Shown: one piece after another, positions 38,298-50,596 of the stretch
How positions within the stretch are numbered: position 1 is the first letter of the stretch
Layout: each line of letters begins with the position of its first letter
NCBI GenBank assembly: GCA_038087875.1
Contig: CM075990.1
Location: 15,626,001 to 15,690,000 of the forward strand
Source: Malacoraja senta
Taxonomy: Eukaryota
Reading direction: 5' to 3'
DNA length: 64,000 nt
Program-made: the position numbers and the translations under genes
Notes under the pieces: model-generated
The model's database searches: none
What the model was told of the DNA's origin: nothing
Seen by the model: the letters and a program-made list of their open reading frames with translations, nothing else

Positions 38298-38612
38298 AGG
38301 CACGGAGGCACATCTGGTAGAGCTGGTGTCCCATCGTGCCGGAGACCCAGGTTCAATCCTGACCTTGGGTGCTGTCTGTGTGGTGTTTGCACATTCTCCC
38401 TGTGACTGCATGGATCCTTTCAGGGGATCTGGTTTCCTCCCCACATCCCAAAGACGTGCGGGTTTGTAACCCTCCATAAATTACTGCTTGTGTGTAGAGT
38501 GTAGGGAGTGAATGTGAAAGTGGGACAACATTGAACAAGTGTGAATGGGTCGTTGATGATCGGCATGGACTCAGTGGGCCGACTGGCCTATTTCTATTCT
38601 GTACCTTTCTGT
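38298..38612 (+). mobile_element. HE1-type SINE
   Basis: B box GGTTCAATCC; tail. Confidence 0.82.
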
Positions 38613-38635
38613 ACCTTACAATCAATTTAATCAAT

Positions 38636-38689
38636 GGGGTGGAAGATTGCAACCTTCACGTGGTCCGCCCTGTTTCGACTAATGCAATC
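38636..38689 (+). ncRNA. Minimal HDV/CPEB3-like self-cleaving ribozyme (predicted)
   Basis: GGGGUGG AA GAUUGCA ACC UUCACGU GGU CCGCCCU GU UUCGA CUAA UGCAAUC; all helices intact. Confidence 0.8.
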
Positions 38690-38774
38690 AACTCGACGTG
38701 CACAAACGGAAGATCAAATAGAACAAGTTGTCCAACAACTTTAGGCTGTGCACGCCACACGAAAGAAAAAGAAG
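38636..38774 (+). mobile_element. Short ribozyme-headed retroelement, copy D
   Basis: Same family; perfect 12-bp TSD aatttaatcaat (38624-38635, 38775-38786). Confidence 0.92.
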
Positions 38775-38789
38775 AATTTAATCAATCAA

Positions 38790-39390
38790 AAGGTCCTTCT
38801 GCAGTTGTACGCGGCCCTAGTGAGACCACACCTGGAGTACTGTGTGCAGTTTTGGTCCCCTAATTTGAGGAACGACATTCTTGCTATTGAGGGAGTGCAG
38901 CGTAGGTTTACAAGGTTAATTCCCGGGATGGCGGGACTGTCATATGCCGAGAGAATGGAGCAGCTGGGCTTGTACACTCTGGAGTTTAGAAGGATGAGAG
39001 GGAATCTCATTGAAACATATAAGATTGTTAAGGGTTTGGACACGCTAGAGGCAGGAAACATGTTCCCGGTGTTGGGGGAGTCCAGAACCAGGGGCCACAG
39101 TTTAATAATAAGGAGTAAGCCATTTAGAACGGAGACGAGGAAACACTTTTTCTCACAGAGAGTGGTGAGTCTGTGGGAATTCTCTGCCTCAGAGGGTGGT
39201 GGAGGCAGGTTCTCTAGATGCTTTCAAGAGAGAGCTAGATAGGGCTCTTAAAAATAGCAGAGTCAGGGGATATGGGGAGAAGGCAGGAACGGTGTACTGA
39301 TTGGGGATGATCAGCCCATGATCACATTGAATGGCTCGAAGGGCCAAATGGCCTACTCCTGCACCTATTGTCTATTGCCTATTGTCTATT
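38790..39390 (+). mobile_element. Young CR1 LINE 3' fragment (RT thumb region)
   Basis: LYAALVRPHLEYCVQFWSP...IEGVQRRFTRLIPG; (ctattgt)n tail. Confidence 0.96.
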
Positions 39391-42312
39391 ATCAGCACAA
39401 AAAATTCCGGAAGGGTTAAGTTAGCCCACCTTCCCCTCAGTCATGAACACCAAGATATGCACAGTGTGTGAAGACTGATTGAGTCATTTCTGAGCCATAG
39501 ATAAATGACATTCAATGCCAGTCTTTGGATTAGGATAAACGATAAAGTCCCAGAAGATAAGTAACACAGGTTTGAGTGTATCATGGTGAGAAAATGCAAC
39601 TTTGAGGAAGATATTGGGCAGTACAGTGCACACCTGGTAGTGAAGCTGCCTCTTTCGTGCTGGAGACCTTGGTTCAATCCTGGATAGAAGGGAGAGGATT
39701 GAGGATGTGCTTCTTCATTAAAACTCATGCCACCTCTGTAGGACCCGCAATCACGCAAGAACTGCCATGTTCAGCACAAGCACAGTATCTATGGTATTGC
39801 TGAAACTATGTCTGCAACCACCAGAGGGGGCAAGGAATCTACAAACCTTGCAAAAAAATCTCCAGGCCATGAGCGCCATCTGACCAAGCTGCCAACCCGA
39901 GTCCTGGCATCACTTTACATCTCTTCATCTGGATTTGCGGAGATATTTTCCACTCATCTGACGTCAACCACCACTTTCAAGACATTTTAAGGATCTATCA
40001 TGAGGTCGGATGACTCAGCCAGAAGGTAATAGCAACACAGTTTTTTCTCCTTGTTGGAGAATTCCCGACAGAGAGACAATCTTTGAAGCTTGTTCAAAGC
40101 CCAGATGAGCGGACACAACTGCTCGTGATGTAGAGGTCCAAGCGAGTTGGGAGTAACTCCCCAGCTGTTCCTGGTGATGATAATGTCATGTCAATGTCAC
40201 CTGCTTCTCAACTACGAGGGACACATTCTTCACTTCTTCACATCAATCTGGGCCCACCTCACCTTAAACGAGTACATTCCTGGTTATCCAACATTTTTGT
40301 CAACGTTCGATTTTTCCAGCATCTGCAGTTCTTTCTTAACATTCTTGGTTATAAAACACTCTGTGAGATCTCAAAGTCCAGGACAGACACAACACGACCT
40401 TTCCATCTTCATAGCAAAGCAACAAAGCTAGTGATGGCATTCAAGAGTGGCTTCTTAACAAGGTATTCCCATCTATAAACCATAAGGGCTCCCTTTCCAT
40501 TTCTATCTCCCTCCCTTTCACTCTCCATCTCTGCTTTCTGCCTTTCTCCATAAATTGGATTCTACCCTGCTTTGGTGCATTGAACATGTTTTACACAAAG
40601 GGCTAATGCCAAAACAGGGGACTCCAAAAAAACATTGAGATGTCCTTGTGATGGTGGGACTTTCCCCAGTTGGTACATGTGATCCGTAGCTGCAGGTTCA
40701 CACACAGAAGCTCCTCAAGAACATGCCATAACATTAATGTCAAAATTGAGTCCCTTCATACCATCCATAGCTCCTAAGTTGGTTTGTTCCTTGTTTGACA
40801 ACAATTGAAACAAAGAGATGGGTCACCACCATTTGATAAGGTAAACATCATCACATGCATGGGTGGTGATGTGGGAAAGGACACTATAGCCCAGAAATGG
40901 CCTGGGCCCAGTGTTGCGATGGATCGCTGGATGTGGCCCGGCAGCATCCGATCAACTATTAGGGACATTTGACTACATGAATGGTGCTATGTAAATGGAC
41001 ATTGCTACTTGTTGCTGGAGCTGTCTTCATAGTGTCATGCTGGAAATTTCTGCTAGGTTCTAAAGTCTGGAGACTATGGTTAAAACTTCCAGTTAAAAGA
41101 CCCTTGGACAGGTACATGAATAAAGAATGGTTCAGAGGGATAAAATGTTCCCTATTTTCTCCCATAGACGGCCAAGTGTAGATAGGGCATCTTGGTCAGC
41201 ATTGACAAGTTTGGCCGCAGGGCTTGTTTCATTGCTGCATGACTCTATCTACGACTCTACAAGTCGTGAAGTTTATGGTTGATTCCTCACAGAAAACCTA
41301 TAATTGCTGGGCATCGACAGGTGGCTAACAGGCAGTCTGTGACTGCTCTCAATGCAGAAAAGTGTTTAGCTGGAGTCACCCTGGTGTCTCTGTTCTATTG
41401 AGATGATTTTTTTTTAGTCGAGTGCGTGAATTGTGAATTTAACAGCCGTTTAAGACAGAATGAGCAGTTGGCTCAGGACTCCTCAGAGACATGTTGCAGA
41501 AGCTGTCGATGCTGAGGAAAGGCTTGTTAACAGAGAAACAGTATTACAGCAACTGAGAATGAACAGATCCCAGATCTTAATCTGAGCATTAAACCCTGAA
41601 GAGGAAAGTATTTAATTGGTGCTACTGGAACAGGGCTTTGCGTGGCAAGTGTGCAGCTTTTAAATCTGTTGCGCACCTTAATTTATGTTCAGTTTTCTGG
41701 TGACACCGTGCATTGACCTGCAACATCCAACCAGAGAATCGAGGTGCAGTTTCATGGTGGTTATGTTACTAGGACAGAAATCCCCAGACATGGACCTCTG
41801 ATCCAGAGACACAAGTTCTAATGGTGGGTTGAAGAAGTTTCCACAGCTATGAGAGGCCCCCCACAACACATGAAATATTAAACAATTACTTCATAAGATT
41901 CAATGTTCTTCCCAGCAGGTAGAATTATATTTCTGCTCTGCACAATACTTTAAGTGGTGGAGGAGTTTATCAACTTCAAAATCGATTCCGTGCTGCCATT
42001 TCCACACAGCAGGTATTTTTTAAAGATTAGCTACTTTGAGGAGATTGTTGGTAAATCCCACTTCTTTGTAGATAAATTAACTTCTTAAGCATCAGCAGAG
42101 ACTTGCATTTCTCTGGAATTCACAATGGGCACTGGCCCCCAGGGTAGATCTCTGCATTCATAAACTGGGTTTGATGGCATCTCACGCCCAGAGGCCTACA
42201 CAAGACTCCATGATCAGTTTGGTTCAGTTTATTGTCACATGTACCGAGGTACAGTGAAAAGCTTTTTGTTGCATGCTAACCAGTCAGCAGAAAGACAATA
42301 CATGATTACAAT

Positions 42313-43546
42313 CAAGAGCGGAACTCGCTATCAAAACATGGAGGGGACGGGGGACACCATTTTTTGGCGGCCGCGCGCGCATGCGCACACTCACACACAT
42401 GCGCGCGAGGCTTCGGAGGCTCAATCCAGCGCTAAATGCAGCTCAACTCTGCCTGTCTCACCGGGCTCACTACAGCCCTGAGCTGGACTGGAAGTGTCAT
42501 ATGGAGGCGGTGTACAGGAAGGGACAAAGCCGACTGTATTTTTTAAGGAGGCTGAGGTCATTTAACATCTCCCAACCCCTACTGTGCAGTGTCTACCATT
42601 CAGTGGTGGCCAGTGCTCTGTTTTTTGCTGTGGCCTGTTGGGGAGATGGCACCCGCATAGCGGACAAAAACAGACTGGACAAGCTGATCAGGAAGGCCGG
42701 CTCAGTGGTCGGGGCTGAGCAACGAACAGTCCAGCAGGTGGCAGAGGCCAGAACTCTGAACAAACTGGGTTCTATAATGACCAACCCCACTCACCCACTC
42801 CATGCCCTGAAGGTGATCAAGAGCAGCATCTTCAGTCAGAGACTGATTGCACCAATGTGCAAAACTGAGAGACATAGGAAGTCCTGTTTACCAGCTGCTA
42901 TAAGGTTATATAATGCGCATAAATAAACTGCACTTTTTTTTTTTTTTTCATTAATTGTATTTTAACTTGTATTTTAACTTGTATTTTAACTTGTTAAGTA
43001 TGGAAGCTATTTGAGGAAATGTGTGGTGTTATGTCTGTCTTGAAGCTGTCGTGGCACTGTAATTTCCTGTAAAGGATTATTAAAGGTATATCTATCTATC
43101 TTCTCCGCGCTGGCCATATTTCCCGCAAGCCCAGGCAGGTTCACCTGGCGGGGCAGGCTGAGTTGAGCTGGTTTACCGCTGTTTCTCTGCGCTGGCTGTG
43201 GGACTGGGGGTACAGCTCCCGTCTGACTCCCGACCTCTCTGGCCACCCGTGGGGGGGGGGCACTCGGGACAGCGCCGGAGACCCGGCCGGGATCGATCCC
43301 GCCTGCGGATGAGGCGCAGGTCTGTGCCACGTCTCCCTCCTCCAATCACCGCGCTCTATCCTCAGTCCCACCCCCACTCCTCCCTCCTCCAATCATCGCG
43401 CCCTCGATCATCAGTCCCACCCCCACTGTCTGGCGGAGAGCGGAGATTTTAAAATACGGATCACAAAAACTTGGGAGGATATCTCTCACCTCTCAAAACA
43501 TGGGGGAGACGTGTCCCCTCTGGCCCTCCCGAGTTTTCCGCCACTG
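42313..43546. mobile_element. hAT-like non-autonomous element (hosts a Rex1 insertion)
   Basis: 8-bp TSD attacaat 42305-42312 / 43547-43554; imperfect TIR caagagcggaactc / gagttttccgccactg. Confidence 0.7.
42478..43100 (+). mobile_element. Rex1/Babar LINE 3' fragment (RT C-terminus)
   Basis: ORF 42381-42926: KGQSRLYFLRRLRSF...AVACWG...HPLH...AIRLYN; (tcta)n tail. Confidence 0.92.
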
Positions 43547-43595
43547 ATTACAATCAATCTATTTACAGCGTATAGATACATGATAAGGGAATAAC

Positions 43596-43719
43596 GTGTA
43601 GGAAAGATCTGCAGATGCTGGTTTAAATCGAAGGTAGACCCAAACTGCTGGAGTAACTCAGGCGGCATCTCTGGAGAGAAGGAATGGGTGACGTTTCGGG
43701 TCGAGACCCTTCTTCAGAC
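43596..43719 (-). mobile_element. PLE pLTR fragment
   Basis: 15-bp TSD tgataagggaataac 43581-43595 / 43720-43734. Confidence 0.88.
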
Positions 43720-45008
43720 TGATAAGGGAATAACATTTAGTGCAAGGTAAAGCCAGCAAAGTCCGGTTAAGGATAGTCCGAGGGTCATCAAAGAGGTAGA
43801 TAGTTGTTCAGCACTGCTCTCTGGTTGTGGTAGGATGATTCAGTTGCCTGATCAGCAGGTTTACTTCAACCCACACACAATTCACTATGCTCCACATGCG
43901 CTCAGAGTTATACAGCACTGAAAGAGGCCCTTCAGCCCAACTCATCCCTGCAAACCAAGTTGCCTAACTGAACTGATCACACTTGCACACCCCTAGTCCA
44001 ATCCTCTACATGTATCTGTCCAAGTCTATTTTAAATGTTGTAATTCTAGATTGGAATTACAACATTCGAACTCTCTGGAAACTTATTTCATACATGCACC
44101 ACTCATACTTCAGAAGTGAAAAAGTTGCCCCTTGGATAATTAAAAAAAAATGTTCCCCTCTCACCTCAAACCTGTTCTCTAGTTTTAGACTCCCCTACCC
44201 TGGGGAAAAGACTGTGGCCAGTCACCTTATCTATGTTATAAATCATACTAAACCTCAGCCTCCTACATTCTAGGAAAAGAAAATACCCATCCTGCCCAGC
44301 CTTTCCTTATAACTCAAATGTTGTAGGTCTGAAAATTGTCTCAAAAATCTTTGTTCCACCCTTTCCAGTTTAATAACACCCTTCCTACAGCAGGGTGACT
44401 GGACCTGCACGCAATACTCCTTATGGTAGCTTAGTCCCAGACTCCTGAAGAAGGGTCCTTACCCAAAATGTGTCCTATCCGTGTCTTCCAGAGATGCTGC
44501 CTGACTCTTGAGTGACTGCAACACTTTATGCAACATTCCAGCATCTGCAGATCCTTGTGACTCTTGCCCACCTGCACTAGTAACCAATTAAGCTCACAAT
44601 CAGTATACTCTGTGGGAGGAAATGAGAGCGTCCGGGGGAAAAAAGGGAGAATGTATAAATCCTACAAACACACACTATTATTGATCAGGAACCGACCCAA
44701 GCCACTGGAGTTGGGGTAGTTCTGCTTCATAACTGTTATGCCTTTTTTTTCATACTGAGGCATGTTTGACATCCAAAAGAAAAATCTAAAGATGAACTCA
44801 ATTCATTTTTTTCCAAAATAAAACGACATAATATAAATGGATCAATCCATTAAATAATAAACACGCTAATTGCCAAACCTAATTGTAACACTGAAATTGC
44901 CAGTCTGCCTTAGGTCTCAGGGATAATGGCTCTTTTGATTTATCATGGCAATTAACTTTTTGTATGCACCAAAGGTAAACTGACGATAGACACAAAAAGC
45001 TGGAGTAA

Positions 45009-45602
45009 AGGGCCTGTCCCACTTGGTCGTCATTCACGCGCCATTTACGCGACATGTCAGCGTGTGGGTAGCGCGGGGACGGGCGCGTGGAGTGGTGTGG
45101 AGGAGTGTGGACTTCGTCCTGCATGAAATCTTCACTCGCCACCGGCCTGTCGCGAAACTGACGGCCAAAGTGGGACAGGCCCAAGACCCTGGAGCGGCTC
45201 AACGTCTCACCTCCAACAGCAGCAGAAGCAGGAAAACGATCGCCGAGCTCGGATCCGCCCCCACTCCTACTCCCAGAGCGGGGCCAAGGCGATTGGAGAT
45301 AGACACAAAACGCAGGAGTGACTCAGCGGGACAGGCAGCATCTCTGGAGAGAAGCAATGGGTGACGTTTCGGGTCGAGGCCCTTCTTTCAGACTGAAGAA
45401 GAGTCTCGACCCGAAACATCACCCATTCCTTCTCTCCAGAGATGCTGCCGGTCCCGCTGAGTTACTCCTGCGTTTTGTGTCTATCTTCAAATGACGTCAC
45501 ACGCTGCAGACGGCTGTGCGGACGCATGTTGACGCGCGCAACCGTCGCGCGTCTGTCACTACCGGCCTGTCGCGTAAATGACGGCCAAGTGGGACAGGCC
45601 CT
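45009..45602. mobile_element. Composite Harbinger-type MITE containing a PLE palindrome
   Basis: TIR agggcctgtcccacttgg; TAA TSD inside a PLE pLTR; extra internal right end at ~45150-45183; palindrome 45296-45488. Confidence 0.85.
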
Positions 45603-45804
45603 TAACTCAGCGGGACAGACAGCATCTATGGAGAGAAGGGATGGGTGATGTTTGGGGTCAAGAAGGGTCTTGGGAAGTCAAGTCAAGTCAAGAGAGTTTA
45701 TTGTCATGTGTCCCAGATACGACAATGAAATTCTTGCTTGCTGCAGCACCACAGAATATTGTAGGCAAAAATACAGAACAGTTCAGTTCAATATACACAT
45801 GAAT

Positions 45805-46215
45805 AGATAAGGTAAATGCGCAGAACCTTTTATCTAGAGTAGGGGAATTAAGAACCAGAGGCATAGGTTTAAGGTGAAAGGGGAAAGCTTTAATAAGAAA
45901 CTGAGGAGCTGCTTTTCCACACAGAGGGAGGTGGATCTATGGAATGAGCTGTCAGAGGAGGTATTATCACAACATTTAACAGACATTTGGATAGGTAGAG
46001 AGAGATAAGAATGGTTTAGAAAGGCAGGCAGGTGGGACGTGAATTCCGCGCTTAACTATAAACTAAACTAAACTGTTTCCATCTTTATTCCGAATGATAC
46101 ACTCCCATTGGTCACACAAGCCATTCACTTGGTGGGACTAGTGTAGATGGGGCTTCTTGGTCGGCGTGGCAAGTTGGGCCGAAGGGCCTGTTTCCGTGCT
46201 GTTTGACTATGACTC
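45805..46215 (+). mobile_element. CR1/HER1 3' end interrupted by a 92-bp insertion
   Basis: ataggtttaaggtgaaaggg; tail gggccgaagggcctgtttccgtgctg. Confidence 0.85.
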
Positions 46216-47192
46216 CATCTATACCAACTGGGCACATTTTGAGTCAAGTGACATTCATGTTTTAAGGACCAATTTCATCACCTACTTTTGCTTTTCACTG
46301 TTTGTTTGGATTCACCCAAGGTGAAGTATGTTGATTGATCGTGAAATGCTTTTATTGGATTAGATGACAGATCAATCTCTAAAGTGATCTATTATTCCAA
46401 TACGCTCTCTGGGGGCAGACTCTGTGAAGAACACCAGCCCCTGCCAATAATGAGTAACAGCAGGTGAATTCAGGTGCAATCCAAGCCTTGGCTTTGCGCC
46501 AAGTGCATGTATGCCGTCACTCTCAGGTGCCAGGTCAACACTGTGAACCGACAGACCGCCAATGTGAATTTACTCCAGAATGATCAGAGGTATGATCAGA
46601 CGTAGGAGTTGTCTGCACTGCAAAAATAAATTCATTGTGTAAAATGCTTCGGAGACGTTTTGACAGCTTAATAAGATGTTCCACAAGTGTGAATATATCT
46701 CTCTTGGCTTCATGCAAAGAATTGGAATGTATTTTTAGACAGGGATCTATTGCCTGGAAGTGTTTGCTGAGGCCCATTGAAATGGGATGGGGGTCACGGG
46801 TAGGGGAACGGACCCATTACTGGAGGTGCTGTCATCCTGAGCACAGAGTTGTGCTGGTCAACATCCAAAGATTAATACTTTCCCATGTGTCTTGGCGCTG
46901 AGCTTGCAGGTATTTTACAGAGGGTGCGAAGAACAGCTTGTGCTGGCCTTGCTGTGTCTTACTGCAGCTCTGGAACGTGTTATTTATATTCCTAGCATGC
47001 TCGTTCAGTTTGCTGACACGTTGTCATTCCTGAGATGTGCAGCATCTATCTCCCCGTTACACATTTCTTCCTCAGATGAGAATTTAAATAACTAGTTGTG
47101 AAGTTCCCTTGGCCTCATCATCACCTGGTATTAGACAAGTAACAACTCTTCAACATCACTGCAGCTGCTCTTCCTGCATGGTTGGCGGCAAG

Positions 47193-47478
47193 ACGGCACG
47201 GTTGCCCAGCGGTAGAGTTGCTGCCTTACAGCATCAGAGACCCAGGTTCGATCCTGACCACAGGTGCTGCCAGTATGGCGTTTATACATTCTTCCCATGA
47301 CCGCGTTTGTGCGTTTTCCCAGGATGCTCTGGTTTCCAAGATGCACAGGTTCGTAGGTTAATTGTCTTTGGTAAAAATTGTAAATTGTCCCCAGTGTATA
47401 GGTTAGCGCTAGTGTATAGGGACCTCTGGTCAGAAGTGGGCTGAAGGGCCTGTTTCCGCGCTGTATCTCTAAACTAAC
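47193..47478 (+). mobile_element. HE1-type SINE
   Basis: A/B boxes; tail gaagggcctgtttccgcgctgtatctctaaac. Confidence 0.9.
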
Positions 47479-47904
47479 GTTTCCATCTTCTTTCCAAGTG
47501 ACTGCTGTTGGTCACACAAGCCCTTCACTTGGCTATTGCCAATGATATTATCAAGGATGGGGAATGTTCTAAGTTTATGATGCGAAAGAAATGGTGAATT
47601 AAGCTGATCGAGCTGAGTGCAGTTGGCAGCTCGCCCACCATTCTGGGATTAACTTGCTTTTGACCCTACATCCTGGATTCCAGAATTATTTGTTTTTGTA
47701 CTTTGTTAACTTACTCCGTGTTCATCTTTCCTTGTCCTTTGGGCGCGTGAATTCCTGCCGTGCGCCTCTTGGCAACACAACAGTTGATTGTCGTGTAACG
47801 TGGCACTTCATCACAAGTTGGCCTCATTACTCAGGCAGGGCAAACTATCAATCCCTCCCTGACCTTGGCCAGTGTCCACACAAACAGGCTTTACATAAAG
47901 GAAA

Positions 47905-48145
47905 GTAGACAAAAAATGCTGCAGAAACTCAGCGGGTGAGGCAGCATCCTTGCAGAAAAGGTCTGTAGGCGACGTTTCGGGTCAAGACCCTTCTTCAGAC
48001 TGATGTCGGGGGGGGGGGGGGCGGGAAAAAGAAAGGAAAAGGAGGACACAGTAGGCTATGTGGGAGAGCTGGGAAGGGGAGGGGAAGGAGGGAGAAAGCA
48101 AGGACTACCTGAAATTAGAGAAGTCGATGTTCGTACCGCTGGGGT
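47905..48145 (-). mobile_element. PLE 3' end plus pLTR
   Basis: gacgtttcgggtcaagacccttcttcagact; reverse strand reads P.G.NIDFSNF, like a GIY-YIG C-terminus. Confidence 0.8.
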
Positions 48146-48949
48146 ATACAAAAAGGAAAGGTAATCAGGAGACAGTCAGTTCAATTTCCAGAGCTACATA
48201 ATGTTAAACGACGAAGACAAAACTATGGCTGGAGAAGGAAAATATAAATTAAAATAGGAAAGAGATTCAAGAAGACTTTTGTTTTCCTTAGTAAGCCTGC
48301 AGCTCCTGATTTATTCAGCTTAGTTGTTTTTTTGCTGCAGGTATACCCGTGGACCAGAGAGAAATAAATTAAAATGTAGATTTTTGGATCTGCTGGTTAC
48401 AAATTCTCAAGAAATAATAGGTACAATTTTAAAAGCATCCATTAGTCCACAATTATCTTCAATCTTCCATCCAATGTGTTATTTAGAAGTGAAAGGGATA
48501 ATGGAATTATATTCACTGCATGATCCAATCTAATTCTCACGAACCAGCACCAAGCCCAGCTTCATTTTAAAATCTTACATTATTTTTCAATTGCTCTCGC
48601 ACAAACTGGTGTTTTACAAATGACTTCAGAAGAACTGATAAATGGAAAATAGTTGTTCGAAAATAGCCCTGATTTTCTACTGCTCTGCAGGCTAAGACCA
48701 ATTAGCTGCCATCCAAGTCTCCATATAAGACAGCTCCACCCTAATTATGAATTGCACTGTCATTTACTATAATAATGAGCACCCACGCAGGACTGGCTGA
48801 ATAAACTACTGGAGTCTAGATCTGCAGGTACCATGGTTAAGTTTTATTATTGGCTATTATTAGCACTAGCCATTTTAATCCAAGACAGAGAGGAGATGAT
48901 TGAGCAATTCTACTGTTAACAAGTTAGTTTGGTTTAAGAGTCATGTCTC

Positions 48950-49530
48950 AAATGACTTTTACCAACTTCCATAGACTGCATCCTCTCGGGAAGCATCACA
49001 GCTTGGTTTGGCAACAGCTCTGCCCAGGACCCCAAGAACTTTCAGAGATATAGGAATGTGGTCTAGTCCATCACACAGAACCAGCGTCCCTTCCACCAAC
49101 TCCTTCCACACTTCACGCTATCTCGGGAAAGCAACCAACATAATCATGGACCATTTTCACCCCGGTCATTCCCTCTTCTCCTCTCTCCCGTCCAACAGAA
49201 GACACAAAAGCTTAATAACATGTGCCACCAGACTAAGGAACAGCATCTTGCCCGCAGTGATCAGATGGCTGAGCCGCCCTCCCTAAAGCTAGGGTATGGT
49301 CCCGATCCCCCAACCTACCTCATTGTGGCACTTGCACATTTTATATCTGCACTTTCTCTGCAGTTGTTATGTTATAATGCTGTAACACTACAGAGTGCAC
49401 TCTGGTACTTTTCTCTTTGCACTATCTGATGTACGTGTGTGGCTTAATTGTATGCTATGATTTCACAGAAGAGCACAAAAATGAAGTTATTCACTGTATG
49501 TCGGTACTTGACAATAATAAACCTATACCA
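48950..49530 (+). mobile_element. Old Rex1/Babar LINE 3' fragment
   Basis: HPGHSLFSSLPSNRRHKSL...TRLRNS motif; gacaataataaacc tail. Confidence 0.82.
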
Positions 49531-50061
49531 CTGTCACTTTCCGCATTCCTAGAACTGACTAAAATGAATTTGAAGTGTCTATTTGATGTGCAATTATTTT
49601 CCACTCACTGCATTTCTCAGGTGAAATCACCCTGCTTCAGTAAGTAATTCTGCTGCTGCATCTGTTTACACCATTCTTGAGATAAACTGTTTTATGAACA
49701 TGTTGATGTTTTCATTTGAAAACTCCACTGTCTGCTGTAAACCCAGACACATGACTCCAGTATGTGGGCTGAAATTAGAGATTTCATTTGTTATAGTATT
49801 TATTTCCAGCACAGGTTGTTTAAATACGTTCTTCTCAACATTCATTCCCCCTATCTGCAATATCTATCTTCCTAATTACACCAAGGGGAATCCATTGTTC
49901 CTTTATAGCACGATGCTTTCTTCAACTCCATTCTGAATTTCAGTTATACTGAAGACCTGCACAACTTTCATTACATTTCCACAATATGTGCGTCACTGGA
50001 AATGCTGGTGTTTATAGTAAATCCCCAACTGCATCGGCACCGAAAAGCCAACAAGGCTCAC

Positions 50062-50596
50062 TGACTGCTGTCTGTACGGAGTTTGCACGTTCTCCCTGTG
50101 ACTGCGTGGGTTTTCTCCGGGTGCTGAGGTTTCTTCCCACATTCTAAAGACGTACAGGTTCGTAGGTTAATTGGCTTCTGAAAATTATAAATTGTCCCTC
50201 TGGAAGGCGACTCCGGACTGTCAAAGCTGCCACAGCCAGACATAAAAACAGTTTTTATCCACGAGTAGTTGCTCTACTCAACAGCCAAAAATCTGTAGCC
50301 TCCCTTTGATCTGGTATTTTGTTGGTTCACATGCTTGATCAATGGTGTTTTATCATTAATCTTATTATTATTAATGTTTAGTGTTTTCCGAGTCATTCGT
50401 AACTGTCACTGTATGTCATGTTGTTACTTGTGGGCGGAGCACCAAGGCAAATTCCTTGTATGTGAATACTTGGCCAATAAACTTACTTACTTACTTACTT
50501 AGTGTTTAGGATAGTGCTAGTGTACGGGGTAATCGTTGATCAGCACGGCCTCGGTGAGCCAAAGGGCCTGTTTCCACACTGTAACTCTGAAGTTTA
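50062..50596 (+). mobile_element. HE1-type SINE interrupted by a young Rex1 3' end (~50199-50500)
   Basis: Insert encodes GRRLRTVKAATARHKNSFYP and ends caaattccttgtatgtgaatacttggccaataaa(ctta)n. Confidence 0.88.
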
